IMG/VR virus record: IMGVR_UViG_3300020042_007470
Location: 1-24,772 of that record
Length of the DNA: 24,772 bases
Reading direction: 5' to 3' (one strand)
From: a virus
Lineage: Duplodnaviria > Caudoviricetes
The first letter of the stretch is position 1. Each line of letters begins with the position of its first letter. The notes under the pieces are model-generated. The model worked only from the letters and a program-made list of their open reading frames with translations, was not told the DNA's origin and made no database searches. The translations under genes were made by a program, and so were the position numbers. Of the stretch, positions 15,303-24,772 are shown piece after piece.

Positions 15303-16142
15303 TTACTTTATAATGGCCCAGGTTTTTGGCCCAGCAATCCCATCCGAGGTTAGATCGTGTGCTGACTGGAACTTCATTACTGCAGCTTTAGTATTTGGGC
15401 CAAAGTCGCCGTCAGGAACTAAACCTAATGAGTGCTGTAAATACTTTACGTTAGAACCTTTTGCTCCAAGCTTCAGCGCCTCAACAAGGGCTGGTTTAGG
15501 TGTTGCTGGAACAGTTGGTAGAATAACAGCTTTAGGGGCTTCTACGACAGGCTGAGGGGCTGGAACAGGCTTGTCTGCAACCTCGATAGAGTGCGCTGGC
15601 ATTTCAGTCACAGGGGCATCCTCGGCAGTAGCCAAAGGAGCTGCAGCATGAGCTTTTTCAAACTCAATAACAGCTTTAGTGAACTTCATGGGATCGTAAA
15701 AACCTTTGCCAGTAGCAAAACCAGCGAGTGGCTGTGATTTTAGGTGACCTGCCCAGATCTCCCAGTGCAAGTGCTTCCCAGTAGCAAAACCTGTTGCCCC
15801 CATTTTGCCTACAACAGTCCCAGCTTCGATCTTCTGGCCAACTTTGACCTTGATCGAACCAGCAACCATGTGGAAGTAAGTCCATGTAACCTTTTTGCCC
15901 ATAACAGTTGACTGCACAACAACTTTGTTACCCGCGCCGTTAGGCTCAACGCTTGTAGAAATAGCAACTACTTTGCCGTCAAAGCAAGCCTCAAGATAAG
16001 TTACAGCGGAGCCTTGCCAAATGTCTGTGCCGTTGTGGTGTTTTTTAGTCTTTTTGATCGGGTGAATTCGCCAGCCAAAAGGAGAAGTGATCTTCCAGGC
16101 TTTGCCAACTTTGCCGTCTAGTGGATATTGTGATTTCGCCAT
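15303..16142 (-). CDS. Endolysin: M23 peptidase + Pro/Ala linker + PG_binding_1 domain
   Basis: HNGTD and HLH Zn ligands; ITSPFGWR; C-terminal LKLGAKGSNVKYLQ...DGDFGPNT...DGIAGPKTW. Confidence 0.93.
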   Translation of the reverse strand: MAKSQYPLDGKVGKAWKITSPFGWRIHPIKKTKKHHNGTDIWQGSAVTYLEACFDGKVVAISTSVEPNGAGNKVVVQSTVMGKKVTWTYFHMVAGSIKVKVGQKIEAGTVVGKMGATGFATGKHLHWEIWAGHLKSQPLAGFATGKGFYDPMKFTKAVIEFEKAHAAAPLATAEDAPVTEMPAHSIEVADKPVPAPQPVVEAPKAVILPTVPATPKPALVEALKLGAKGSNVKYLQHSLGLVPDGDFGPNTKAAVMKFQSAHDLTSDGIAGPKTWAIIK

Positions 16143-16152
16143 TTTTATTTCC

Positions 16153-16842
16153 TTATGTTGTTAGTTTGTATGAGAAGTTAAAAGTAAAGGTGTCGTTGTT
16201 TGCTAACGCAGCTGGGACTCCAGCGGATCCAGTTTTGGTTACGTTTACAAGTTTATTGTTAAACAAATACTTTACAAAACCGCGAGAAGAGGAGTTGTGT
16301 AAAACCTTTAAAGTGTAAATGTCTGCACCCTTAACATATGTTCCGTCACCGATTGGTAGTGAAGAATTGAGGGTAGTTCCCCCGGTCAAAGGAAATGTAA
16401 CATACATTCCTGTATAGTTAGCGGGTAGTGTGGCGGTAAGTATTGTTGCGATTTGGACGTGAACAGTGTTATTGGAAACCATGTAACGGCCGGTATCGGT
16501 CAAGTTGAAGTTGGTTAGCGGGTTAGTGCCATCTGTTAGCACAGGAGTAAAAGTAGTCCAAGGCTGGAATAGTAAAACCCAGACTGTGCCATCAAAATAG
16601 TAACGCGCTTTAGTGTTAGTGACAAACATTGTCGAACCGTTTAGGGGCGTTGGGGTGACTGGGCGATCAGCATAAGTTGCAGCAATGTAGCTGTAGTTTT
16701 GAACGTAGTCTTTTAAAGGTTTGAAGTTGTTGGTAAGGGCAGTATCAACACTTGTTGCCAAAGTTCCAAACGCTGTGTGCAAAGGGGCAACCGAATCGGT
16801 GCCGACTGGATAGTAAATGCTGTAATTAGTAGTAATAGCCAT
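16153..16842 (-). CDS. Minor tail / tail fibre-associated protein
   Basis: Thr-rich beta protein; YYFDGTVW, WTTFTP and GRYMV motifs; position in the tail module. Confidence 0.75.
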   Translation of the reverse strand: MAITTNYSIYYPVGTDSVAPLHTAFGTLATSVDTALTNNFKPLKDYVQNYSYIAATYADRPVTPTPLNGSTMFVTNTKARYYFDGTVWVLLFQPWTTFTPVLTDGTNPLTNFNLTDTGRYMVSNNTVHVQIATILTATLPANYTGMYVTFPLTGGTTLNSSLPIGDGTYVKGADIYTLKVLHNSSSRGFVKYLFNNKLVNVTKTGSAGVPAALANNDTFTFNFSYKLTT

Positions 16843-16881
16843 AGGTCTATTTTATCACACAACCACTAGCCATTGGCTAGT
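16843..16881 (-). promoter_or_regulatory. Candidate leaderless promoter with palindromic operator
   Basis: Minus strand TGaTAAAAT-agacct-ATG with no SD; perfect palindrome ACTAGCCA-T-TGGCTAGT at 16865-16881. Confidence 0.4.
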
Positions 16882-18036
16882 CGCGGAGTCCCATCTTCGA
16901 ATAATGCCAAGACCACCTGTTGCAACTTGGAAAGTTGTTGCAGTAGCAATTGCGGAAGCTGCGCCGTCACCAATAGCATTCCTAGCTGCTACTGTGTAAA
17001 AATATGTTGTTCCAGAAACGACAGAGTTATCGGCATAAGTTACGCCAGTAGTCGGAGTGATGATCGTCACAGGTGAAGACATTGTTGGCGATAAGCTTCT
17101 TTTGATAACGTAAGCAGTTATTGCACTACCACCATTAGAAGCTGGTGCAGTCCAAGACAAAGCCAAACCGTTAGGGTTTTGTGGTGACTGTTGCGCCACA
17201 GCAAAAGCCGTTGGCTGGCCTGGTGCAGTAGCAGAAGATGTAACGGTTATCGCACCAGTCGCAATGTATTGCCCTGTCGTTGAGGCTGCTGTAGCCACAG
17301 CATTTACGGCCGCTATGCGGAAGTAATAAGTTCCGTTAGCCAAGCCAGTCACAACTGTGCTTGTGCCAGTTAAGCCTGTGGTGGTTGTTGCCCCGGTGAA
17401 ACCAGAGTTTGTAGCTCTTTGCAAAGTGTAGCTAGTTACAGATGTTCCACCATCGCTTACAGGGGCAGTCCAAGAAACAGTAACTTGGGACTGTCCCGGA
17501 GTTCCGGAAATACTCAAAGGTGCTGTCGGTAAACTGTAGTAATCAAATGATCCAACAAGGCTGGCGTTAGACTTCAGGGTGGCATCATTGTTAAATGTGG
17601 AGATTGATGTTGAGCTGCTGTGATCACTGAGAACGTTGATCCCAGATTGGGATGTTTCGTCAGCCGAATAATAAACGCTACCCATTCCCGAAACCCAAAA
17701 GCCCATACGAACATTGTCAGTTGTGCTTCTATTAATGAGCGGAAGGGTGCCAGTCAGGGACTTTAACCCTGTGCTAGATGCAGATGAGGCTGCGGCTTCA
17801 GTAAAGTTTGCTGTCTTACCAAGTAAAGAAAAGCCGCTGCTCCAAACACCCAGAGCAACAGTTCGGCTGGCATCTTTACCAGACAAGTTGAGGGCCATCC
17901 GATAAATCTGAATGTAAGGCACTCCGTTAGGATCGGTTGCTGGGTTGATTGTAGTTAGATCCACAAGACATGCAGTTTGCGACCAAGCAACCCAGGCCAC
18001 ATTGTTTGTTGCTACGGCAGAGTTAATTGTCGCCAT
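16855..18036 (-). CDS. Minor tail protein with two fibronectin type III domains
   Basis: VSWTAPVSDGG...YYFRIAAVN and LSWTAPASNGG...YFYTVAARNAIG FN3 repeats; GAGG RBS. Confidence 0.88.
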   Translation of the reverse strand: MATINSAVATNNVAWVAWSQTACLVDLTTINPATDPNGVPYIQIYRMALNLSGKDASRTVALGVWSSGFSLLGKTANFTEAAASSASSTGLKSLTGTLPLINRSTTDNVRMGFWVSGMGSVYYSADETSQSGINVLSDHSSSTSISTFNNDATLKSNASLVGSFDYYSLPTAPLSISGTPGQSQVTVSWTAPVSDGGTSVTSYTLQRATNSGFTGATTTTGLTGTSTVVTGLANGTYYFRIAAVNAVATAASTTGQYIATGAITVTSSATAPGQPTAFAVAQQSPQNPNGLALSWTAPASNGGSAITAYVIKRSLSPTMSSPVTIITPTTGVTYADNSVVSGTTYFYTVAARNAIGDGAASAIATATTFQVATGGLGIIRRWDSATSQWLVVV

Positions 18037-18163
18037 CAGTCACCTCAATTATCTCGTGAGTAGGTAAAACGGTTTCTACAACCGCAAGCGCTAACTGCGC
18101 ATCCTCAATCGTTGCGTGCTCGCTAACAACAGTTCCAGATGGTAGATAAATAATTTTAAACAT
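18023..18163 (-). CDS. 46-aa hypothetical protein in the tail module (not in ORF track)
   Basis: TAATG-coupled to the upstream gene; MFKIIYLPSGTVVSEHATIEDAQLALAVVETVLPTHEIIEVTDGDN*. Confidence 0.65.
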   Translation of the reverse strand: MFKIIYLPSGTVVSEHATIEDAQLALAVVETVLPTHEIIEVTDGDN

Positions 18164-19794
18164 TATGGGCCCACATATTCAATAATAAAGAAAGTATCAG
18201 TAGTCAAAGTATTTGTTGCACCGCTATTTTGATAAGCTTGAAGAGTGACAGTATCGTTAGCTGCCATGTTCACCGAGTTCATATTAAGGTAAACTGATTG
18301 GCTGTGACCAGCGGATTGAGGTGCTGGCAAAGTGTTTCGATAAGTCACGCCAGTGCTACTTAAAGCAATCAACGCCCCACGACCACCAGTAGTGTTATTG
18401 GCTGTGTGGATGCAAACAAAAGTAATATTATATCTGCCAGCTAGAGGAACTGTGACCACTCCTGAAGTTCCGCTAAAAGTGCTGTTGTTGCTGATTGTTG
18501 TCCAACCAGTCACAGTGGAAGTTGATCCGTTAGTGATAGAAAAAGTTGAGTTTAGTTTTAAATGCATTCTTGGCATTTGCCCAGCAATAGGATACCAGGC
18601 GGAACCAATGTATGAAGTAACCTGGTTCACATCTTCAAGATAGCAGAGCATCCCCTCAACAGGCGCTGTGATCGAAGCATCGCGAGCTGCAGCTGAAGCG
18701 AAAGAAGAGCGCAAAGATCGGGCCACAAGGTTACCAGAAAAAGAAGGGCTAGTAGCGTTTAGTAGCGAAGAAGAGCCTGTCGGATCAATCCAAAGATCGC
18801 CGTTAGTTGGTGAAGTAGGTTCGGTGACACTAACTGAGATCTTAGTGTTGTTGACCTTCAAAAAGTCTCCAGCAAGCTCAGGGGCTTTCAAACTTGTCGG
18901 AGTAACATAAGCTGTCGCGGTAGCCGGGTTGCCGGCATCATTACCAGCATAAATACCGCTCTGGTTTACAGTAATACCTGCAAAGTCTGGGCCAATACCC
19001 TGAACTGAAAGCTTGCCATCATAAGAGCCGCTAGAGTCAGAGATTACAACATAACCGCCGGGAGCAACAAAAGTCCCAGACTCAGAGTTCTCAACAACAA
19101 AAAGGAGATCTGCGCCAGAAGAATCTACAGAAAGTATAATCGCATTAAAGACATTGTAGCCAGCAGGGTTCATACCAGTAACAGTTACTTCTTTACCAGC
19201 AACGTAAGAAGCAAGTGTAGCGTCAGTTTTCTCAATTGTATAAGTCGCGTAAGTTCCGTCCCCAGTAGCCAAATTTACATAAACAGGTGTTTGAGCAACC
19301 TGATTACTGTTAGACAAAGCGATGGACAAACCATCACCAGCAATAAGACCATTTACGTTCAAGTTCAAAGCACTATCAGTCATGTGCATTGTGCCCTTGG
19401 TGTAATACTCTTCTTGCGTCACAGGGTTGATAGCAAACTGCCCAGCAGTCATTTCAAAGTTTGGGATAGCCCCAATAGGTTCACCAGTTTCAGGATCTAA
19501 CTCTTGACGGCTAGGTGCACCAACAGTTAGCGACCCACCAACATCAAGAACCGCATCTGCAACAACATTGCCAGTAAAGTTCATCCCAGTCGCGTAAGGA
19601 ATAACTTGACCGCTATCCTCAGCAACAAAAGTAAAAGTAGAGTTAATTCCATTGTTTTGTTCAAAATCAACATTAGGAACATTTGTTGCAGCTTGCAATC
19701 TTGCAATCGCATTTTCAAGATCTTGAATTTGTTTGTCAGTAGTGCGAACCCAAGGTTGCATACTTGACGGAGCGTTACTCTCTGGTTTAATCAT
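18163..19794 (-). CDS. Minor tail / receptor-binding protein with C1q/TNF-like C-terminal domain
   Basis: N-terminal coiled coil; PTNGDLWID and FASAAARDA linkers; C-terminal GVVTVPLAGRYNITF...DTVTLQAYQ beta-sandwich pattern. Confidence 0.75.
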   Translation of the reverse strand: MIKPESNAPSSMQPWVRTTDKQIQDLENAIARLQAATNVPNVDFEQNNGINSTFTFVAEDSGQVIPYATGMNFTGNVVADAVLDVGGSLTVGAPSRQELDPETGEPIGAIPNFEMTAGQFAINPVTQEEYYTKGTMHMTDSALNLNVNGLIAGDGLSIALSNSNQVAQTPVYVNLATGDGTYATYTIEKTDATLASYVAGKEVTVTGMNPAGYNVFNAIILSVDSSGADLLFVVENSESGTFVAPGGYVVISDSSGSYDGKLSVQGIGPDFAGITVNQSGIYAGNDAGNPATATAYVTPTSLKAPELAGDFLKVNNTKISVSVTEPTSPTNGDLWIDPTGSSSLLNATSPSFSGNLVARSLRSSFASAAARDASITAPVEGMLCYLEDVNQVTSYIGSAWYPIAGQMPRMHLKLNSTFSITNGSTSTVTGWTTISNNSTFSGTSGVVTVPLAGRYNITFVCIHTANNTTGGRGALIALSSTGVTYRNTLPAPQSAGHSQSVYLNMNSVNMAANDTVTLQAYQNSGATNTLTTDTFFIIEYVGP

Positions 19795-19795
19795 C

Positions 19796-21301
19796 TTATG
19801 GCCCCATTAATGGAATAATAGCAAAGTCGCTGTGTTTCATATACTCATCCGGGTAACTTGTTGGATCAAGCATTACAGAATTAAACTCTGCAAAAGTTTT
19901 GCCAGTCCAGTTAGTTTCAAAGTCAGCAAATGTTACATACTGATCGGCGCTTACGTTTATGCTACCATAATCGTAAGACACGCTTCTGACTCGATAATTT
20001 GAACCGCTATAAGTAAAGATTGCGCCTGGTAGAAAACCAAACTCTTGATTACTTGCTTCCTCTATTTTATCAGTGCTAAAACTAAACTTTACTACAGGGC
20101 CCGCAACTTGCTGAGCGGTGTAATAAGCTGTGTTGTAAAAATAAGCATTGTTTACCAAGAAAGGGTTGTCTGTGTATTCGTTCTCAGAGTCACCAAGGGA
20201 ACTGCCAGTTGGGAAAGTGGCACTAAACTGATCGGTCAATGTTCCTGTGCCAGTCAAAGCAAGTGCAGGATAGTTGTCGCGAAACTCAAGGGTGTATGGG
20301 GCATTCAAAGGACCTTTAGGCCCAGTCAGAATCAGCTTGATCTCATAAGGATCATCAGTAATCTCTGCAGTGATCTTAGCTCCGCGCAACTGGCTTGACT
20401 CAACAATGCGACCATTCTTGTCGCGGAAAGAATAAAAGCCGTTAAGCAGCTCAGTTGGCACAGTTCCGACAGCACGATCGCTAATATATTCAACATAAGA
20501 ATCTGGAGAAGTGGTCACATATTCTGGCTGATTCACAGAAACCAAAGAAACCCTAGAAGTTACACTAAACTCTTTAACCTCATCGCCTTCAACACTTTCA
20601 GGGCTATCATTGTAGCCGTAAGTAAAAGCGATCGCACCCTCAACCCAAGAAGTCTTAATGTTGGTTAGCTTAATAGTTTTTGATTGCTCACCAAGAGAGA
20701 TCTCAAAGTTTTCTGAAGTAATATCAGTTACATTGATTTGTTTTGTGGCTCGGCGTTTAACATAAACTGTGCCAGACATAAAATAGATTTCTGTGTTAGA
20801 AGCAATGCAAAGTTTTTTTAGACCATTCCAAATGTTGTCGGTCCAGGCTGGCACAACAATATATTCATTAAGAGATGCAGAAATGTCGTAACTGGTAATA
20901 CCTGCTTCAGTAAAGTAAGCCTGAAAAACTTGTGCAAGAGTTCCACGAGCAGGAGAAATGCGTTTAGTGGCATTCAGTTTTTCAAACTTAGAGAACACGT
21001 TAGCTGACACAGAGTTGGAATCAACTGACAAGTTACCAACACGACCTGTAAAGCTGCCACGAAGATCGTCAACCAAAGTTAGTTGGTTGTCAATTAAAAG
21101 CCGACTTGAAGGATGTGTGGTGCCGTAAGTTTCGATCTTGTTAGATTCGCCAACAATAGATAGGGCGGGGATTTCACCACTGCTATCAGACAGGCCGACA
21201 GGAGAAGCGCTTTCGCTAATAGAATAGCTGACAATAACATCAGACTGATCCCCGGTAGGCGAAAACTTACCGTTACCAGTTGTGCTTACTGTAATGCCCA
21301 T
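19796..21301 (-). CDS. Minor tail protein (tail-tip/hub position)
   Basis: ~500 aa beta-rich protein, second gene after the tape measure; ATG 21301 with GAGG RBS. Confidence 0.75.
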   Translation of the reverse strand: MGITVSTTGNGKFSPTGDQSDVIVSYSISESASPVGLSDSSGEIPALSIVGESNKIETYGTTHPSSRLLIDNQLTLVDDLRGSFTGRVGNLSVDSNSVSANVFSKFEKLNATKRISPARGTLAQVFQAYFTEAGITSYDISASLNEYIVVPAWTDNIWNGLKKLCIASNTEIYFMSGTVYVKRRATKQINVTDITSENFEISLGEQSKTIKLTNIKTSWVEGAIAFTYGYNDSPESVEGDEVKEFSVTSRVSLVSVNQPEYVTTSPDSYVEYISDRAVGTVPTELLNGFYSFRDKNGRIVESSQLRGAKITAEITDDPYEIKLILTGPKGPLNAPYTLEFRDNYPALALTGTGTLTDQFSATFPTGSSLGDSENEYTDNPFLVNNAYFYNTAYYTAQQVAGPVVKFSFSTDKIEEASNQEFGFLPGAIFTYSGSNYRVRSVSYDYGSINVSADQYVTFADFETNWTGKTFAEFNSVMLDPTSYPDEYMKHSDFAIIPLMGP

Positions 21302-21302
21302 G

Positions 21303-22190
21303 TTAAACAACCTCTACGAAGTTTGCACTCATTTCAAAGTATCCGTTATTAATTGCCGAAGAAATGTAGCTAATTGTTGGGCTTGAGGCAAATTCAAACC
21401 GAGTGATTCCGCGGCCTGAAATAAAACCACCAGAAGCCACAGAAGTGCCAGTTGGCAAGATCTGTGCGATCAAAGCCACAAGGTTTGCTGTCGAAGTTGA
21501 GCCTGAGCCGTTAGCAAGGAAGATCTCCACCCTAGAAACAGAAGAGCCATCAAAAGTAGCATTTGTTCTAGTAGTTCCACCAGCAAGCAAACTGTTTGGG
21601 TTTACTGCGGTTTGTGCAACGCCAGACAGGTTGTAAGGAACAATGCGTATACCGGCTGCGCTCGAAGCTGAAACTCCAGATGCGGTAGCATGCCAACCAA
21701 AGTTTAAAGTATGTGTAGCAGGAATAATCAAAGTAAGTTTGTTGCTATCAATTGCTCCACCACCTAAAATATAAGAAGCATACTTTATTGGGTAAGCATT
21801 AGCGTAAGCCTGGCTGGTAAAGATTGGGGTAACTCCAGCAGAAAGATTAGGCCATTCACCCTCAGCAAGCATTGGGGCAGCCCAATGAGGAGGTAAAATG
21901 TTGCTGTTAGAAGCAAAAGGATCGTTCCAGTAAAACGGCCCATCACCATACAAGCCGTCATAAAAGTCTTTTAAAACATATAAAGATTCGCTGGCTTCAG
22001 TGTTGTTCATCTGGCCGGCCCAAGACATAGAATATTCTCTGTGAGTTCTTTTAGATCTGCGCACAGAAGAACCACCGTTAAGGAATTCCATTTTGTTTGA
22101 GTAACCGACCGGGCTGGCATCCATGCCAGACTGCGGGGCTTTGATCAAAGTTTGGTAAGTAGCGTTCCCAAAGTAAACGGTTCCAGCCAT
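21303..22190 (-). CDS. Minor tail protein (distal-tail position)
   Basis: 295 aa, TAATG-coupled directly after the tape measure gene; assignment by synteny. Confidence 0.75.
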   Translation of the reverse strand: MAGTVYFGNATYQTLIKAPQSGMDASPVGYSNKMEFLNGGSSVRRSKRTHREYSMSWAGQMNNTEASESLYVLKDFYDGLYGDGPFYWNDPFASNSNILPPHWAAPMLAEGEWPNLSAGVTPIFTSQAYANAYPIKYASYILGGGAIDSNKLTLIIPATHTLNFGWHATASGVSASSAAGIRIVPYNLSGVAQTAVNPNSLLAGGTTRTNATFDGSSVSRVEIFLANGSGSTSTANLVALIAQILPTGTSVASGGFISGRGITRFEFASSPTISYISSAINNGYFEMSANFVEVV

Positions 22191-24107
22191 TAGTTTTTAC
22201 CTAGCCTTGCAAGTTCTCGATTGCCATCGTTAGCTGATTCAGCAATTGTGCGGTTCGTAGTTCTTAGAGTTACTGGGCGGTTGATTGCAGCTTGCAATAG
22301 TTCGCGGTCTCTACCTGACAAGTATACCACACCGCCCGAACCGCCAGAAGCTCCACCACCGAGCATTCCAGGGGATAGTTGTTGCTGGTTTAGGGCGTTC
22401 ATAAAGTCTACGCCGTAACGGTTCACAGAAGATGCACGCATCATGTATTCGCCGTTTGAGGCACCGATTGTGATGCTGTCACTTGTGCCACTACCTGCAC
22501 CTTGGATTAGACCACCTTGAGCGTAGTCGCCAGATTTTAACGCGCCCTCAATAGAAAGTCGTTGGTTCATCCAGTAACTCTTCTGAGATCCAGTAGCATT
22601 CTTTTCCAAAGTGCCAATACGATTAGCTTCCTTGGTCAAAGCATTTTTACGATCTTCTTTAGTAGGTGCTTTGATATCTACTGTAACGCTTGCTTTAGAG
22701 TTGTTGATCTCTTCAAGCAACTGGTTTAGTGCGCGCTTAGCAGGATCAGTGCTAGCATCAACATTGACATTCTTTGGTGTTCCTTTGACAATAGCTTTGA
22801 AGCCGTCAAAAGACTTAGCATACTTGTTGATCTGGTCGTTAGCAATATTCATTGATTCGGCTTGTGCGCGGAACGAAGCCTCGCCATCCTTGATGGCCTG
22901 GTTAACAACGCTTTGGCTTGCACCAGAATCCACAAGCGCCTGAATGTAAGAAGCGTTGCTAGTAATAATGTCTTGCAAAGCTTTATCGTTGTCTCGACCG
23001 GCTTTAGTGTTTACATCTAGCGAACCGCTTAGAAGATCAGTGTTGTAAGTAACGTCTTCTTGGTTCTTTGCAATCTCCTGATCCAAAGAAGCCATCTCAT
23101 TAGCAACACGCTTAGCAGACTCTGTGTCGCCAAACTGAATGGCCAAACGATAGTCAAGTTCAAGATCTTTACGCTTACGGCTATTTTCATCCAAAGTGTT
23201 TTGAAGATCAGTAACATTTTTGCGGGCATCCCGAATACCATTATTGATGCCCTCAATCACGCCCTGAAGTTCACCAAAAGCATTCTGACGTTCAAACTTA
23301 AACTTCAGCATGTTTGTAAAAGCTTTACCAAGATCATCGGCATAATCAGTTAAGGTTCTCATAACCTTTTTCTGCTTATCCATTTTCTTGGTGTTGTCTT
23401 CAGTCCACTGGCTTAAAAACTGAGCTGCGTAAACTCCGCCCATAAGCGCAGTTTGCAAAGATTCGCCATACTTTACCGACTCTGTTTGAGACTTAGTTAG
23501 CTCAGTCCGACCTTTGGCGATAACACTGTTTTGGGCAATCCAAGCAGCTAGTAGTTCGCGCATTTGAGCCGGGTCAGCAGCTTCCCTCAACGAAGCCGCA
23601 AGCTTGTCTGCGTTCTGAACGCCAGAGTCGGGCACAGCCTTGGAAATGTAGTCTCGCATCTGCAAGAAAGCCCCGGAAGAATCAACTCCCTTAGATTCCA
23701 TCACAGCAAGTGCGCCCACCATGCGCTCAATACCACCGACAAAACCATCGCCAGCAACTTCAGCAGCAGATAGCGACTGCTCCATGTAAGATTTCCAGTT
23801 AGCAAGGTTAGTGCGACCCTCCGCTGTAAACTTGTCGAAGTTATCGCCAGAAGTAGACAGGCCAGAGCTTAGCGTCTTGAAAGAGTTAATAAGGCTAGAT
23901 TGAGCATCTACTGTTCCAGTAACGCTGTCTAGGTAACTCTTAAGCTGACCAGATAAACCACCAACCATTGCATCGGCAGTGTCAGCGCTAACACCAACGT
24001 TAATCAAAGCTTGCTTTTGAATTTGAGCCGCTGCTGTTGATGTGATCGTGCTCTTAATCATAGCATCAATCTCTTTAGCTGCATCATTGTAATACCCAGG
24101 CATATCT
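22190..24107 (-). CDS. Tape measure protein, C-terminal part (5' end replaced by the inverted duplicate)
   Basis: Long Ala/Gln-rich helical protein with YAQGGLIQGAGSGTSDSI...SNGEYMM...YGVDFMNALN C-terminal motif; the first ~10 residues of the track ORF come from the duplicated segment. Confidence 0.88.
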
Positions 24108-24714
24108 ACAACTACAGGGCTAACTGGCACAAGCACAATCGTTACTGGCCTAGCTAACGGAACATACTACTTCCGCATAGCTGCCGTAAATGCTGTGGCT
24201 ACTGCAGCTTCAACAACTGGTCAATACATTGCGACTGGAGCGATCACCGTTGGATCTGCAGTTACTGCACCAGGCCAGCCAACCGCTTTCGCTGTAGCAC
24301 AACAGTCGCCACAAAACCCTAACGGTTTGGCTTTGTCTTGGACTGCCCCAGCATCAAATGGTGGTAGCGCAATAACGGCTTACGTTATCAAAAGAAGCTT
24401 ATCGCCAACAATGTCTTCACCTGTGACCATTATCACTCCGACCACCGGGGTAACCTATGCCGATAACTCTGTGGTTTCTGGAACAACATATTTTTACACA
24501 GTAGCAGCTAGGAACGCGATCGGTGACGGCGCTGCTTCTGCCATTGCAACTGCCACAACCTATCAGGTTGCAGGAACTAGCCTTGGCATTATTCGAAGAT
24601 GGGACTCCGCGACTAGCCAATGGCTAGTGGTTGTGTGATAAAATAGACCTATGGCTAACACTACTAACTACAGCATTTACTATCCAGTCGGCACCGATTC
24701 GGTTGCCCCTTTGC
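24108..24714 (+). repeat. 607-bp inverted, diverged copy of 16779-17385 (3' part of the FN3 gene + start of the next gene)
   Basis: Ungapped manual alignment: about 62 substitutions (~90% identity), mostly synonymous, about 9 aa changes; no start codon or RBS of its own. Confidence 0.95.
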
Positions 24715-24772
24715 CAACTTTGCCGTCTAGTGGGTATTGTGATTTCGCCATTTTTATTTCCTTATGTTGTTA
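24709..24772 (+). repeat. 64-bp direct copy of 16100-16163 (endolysin start region)
   Basis: Identical except A16125 vs G24734 (synonymous Tyr); shares the 6-bp microhomology CTTTGC with the inverted copy. Confidence 0.95.

Noticed and set aside
141-23773. Many antisense and alternate-frame ORFs in the track (e.g. 796-1395 -, 4243-4665 -, 15133-15555 +, 20045-20398 +)
   Set aside because: They are shadows of well-supported genes, with no RBS or recognisable motifs, and mostly run against the clear two-arm orientation
24195-24638. Independent 147-aa FN3 gene on the + strand
   Set aside because: It is the 3' fragment of the duplicated gene, with an internal GTG and no RBS
24108-24714. Diversity-generating retroelement template/variable repeat pair
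   Set aside because: Differences are not adenine-specific and are mostly synonymous; the repeat is ~600 bp; no reverse transcriptase is in the window
16779-24714. Invertible tail-fibre segment (Gin/Cin or shufflon-like)
   Set aside because: No recombinase gene or short crossover sites; the junction destroys the tape measure gene; a second microhomology jump follows immediately
1-24772. Stop-codon reassignment
   Set aside because: Genes tile densely under the standard code; TAA, TAG and TGA all end genes at sensible boundaries; no suppressor tRNA is present

Overview
A 24.8-kb piece of a tailed dsDNA (siphovirus-like) phage. The host is almost certainly an actinobacterium, based on two WhiB-family genes and an M23 endolysin. 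The fairly low GC points to a small-genome freshwater lineage, but that is inference. The + strand arm (1-14677) carries early and replication genes: SF2 helicase, a WhiB::WhiA-HTH fusion, a split C5-cytosine methyltransferase in two overlapping frames, a Zn-finger::WhiB protein, a Cas4-like exonuclease/Sak4-like ATPase/SSB module, a structured RNA cluster with tRNA-Thr and tRNA-Asn, primase-helicase, RuvC-like resolvase, metallophosphoesterase and an Nmad1-like protein. It meets the - strand lysis/tail arm (holin-like genes, endolysin, minor tail proteins, truncated tape measure) at a bidirectional terminator. The last 665 bp are a ~90%-identical inverted copy of tail sequence plus a short direct copy, most likely an amplification or assembly chimera. 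The two best novelty candidates are (1) a single-chain WhiB + WhiA-DNA-binding-domain regulator and (2) an 80-nt tRNA-like RNA (acceptor stem + T-arm, no anticodon arm) whose loop carries repeated anti-Shine-Dalgarno CUCCU motifs. All calls come from reading motifs by eye; no searches were run.
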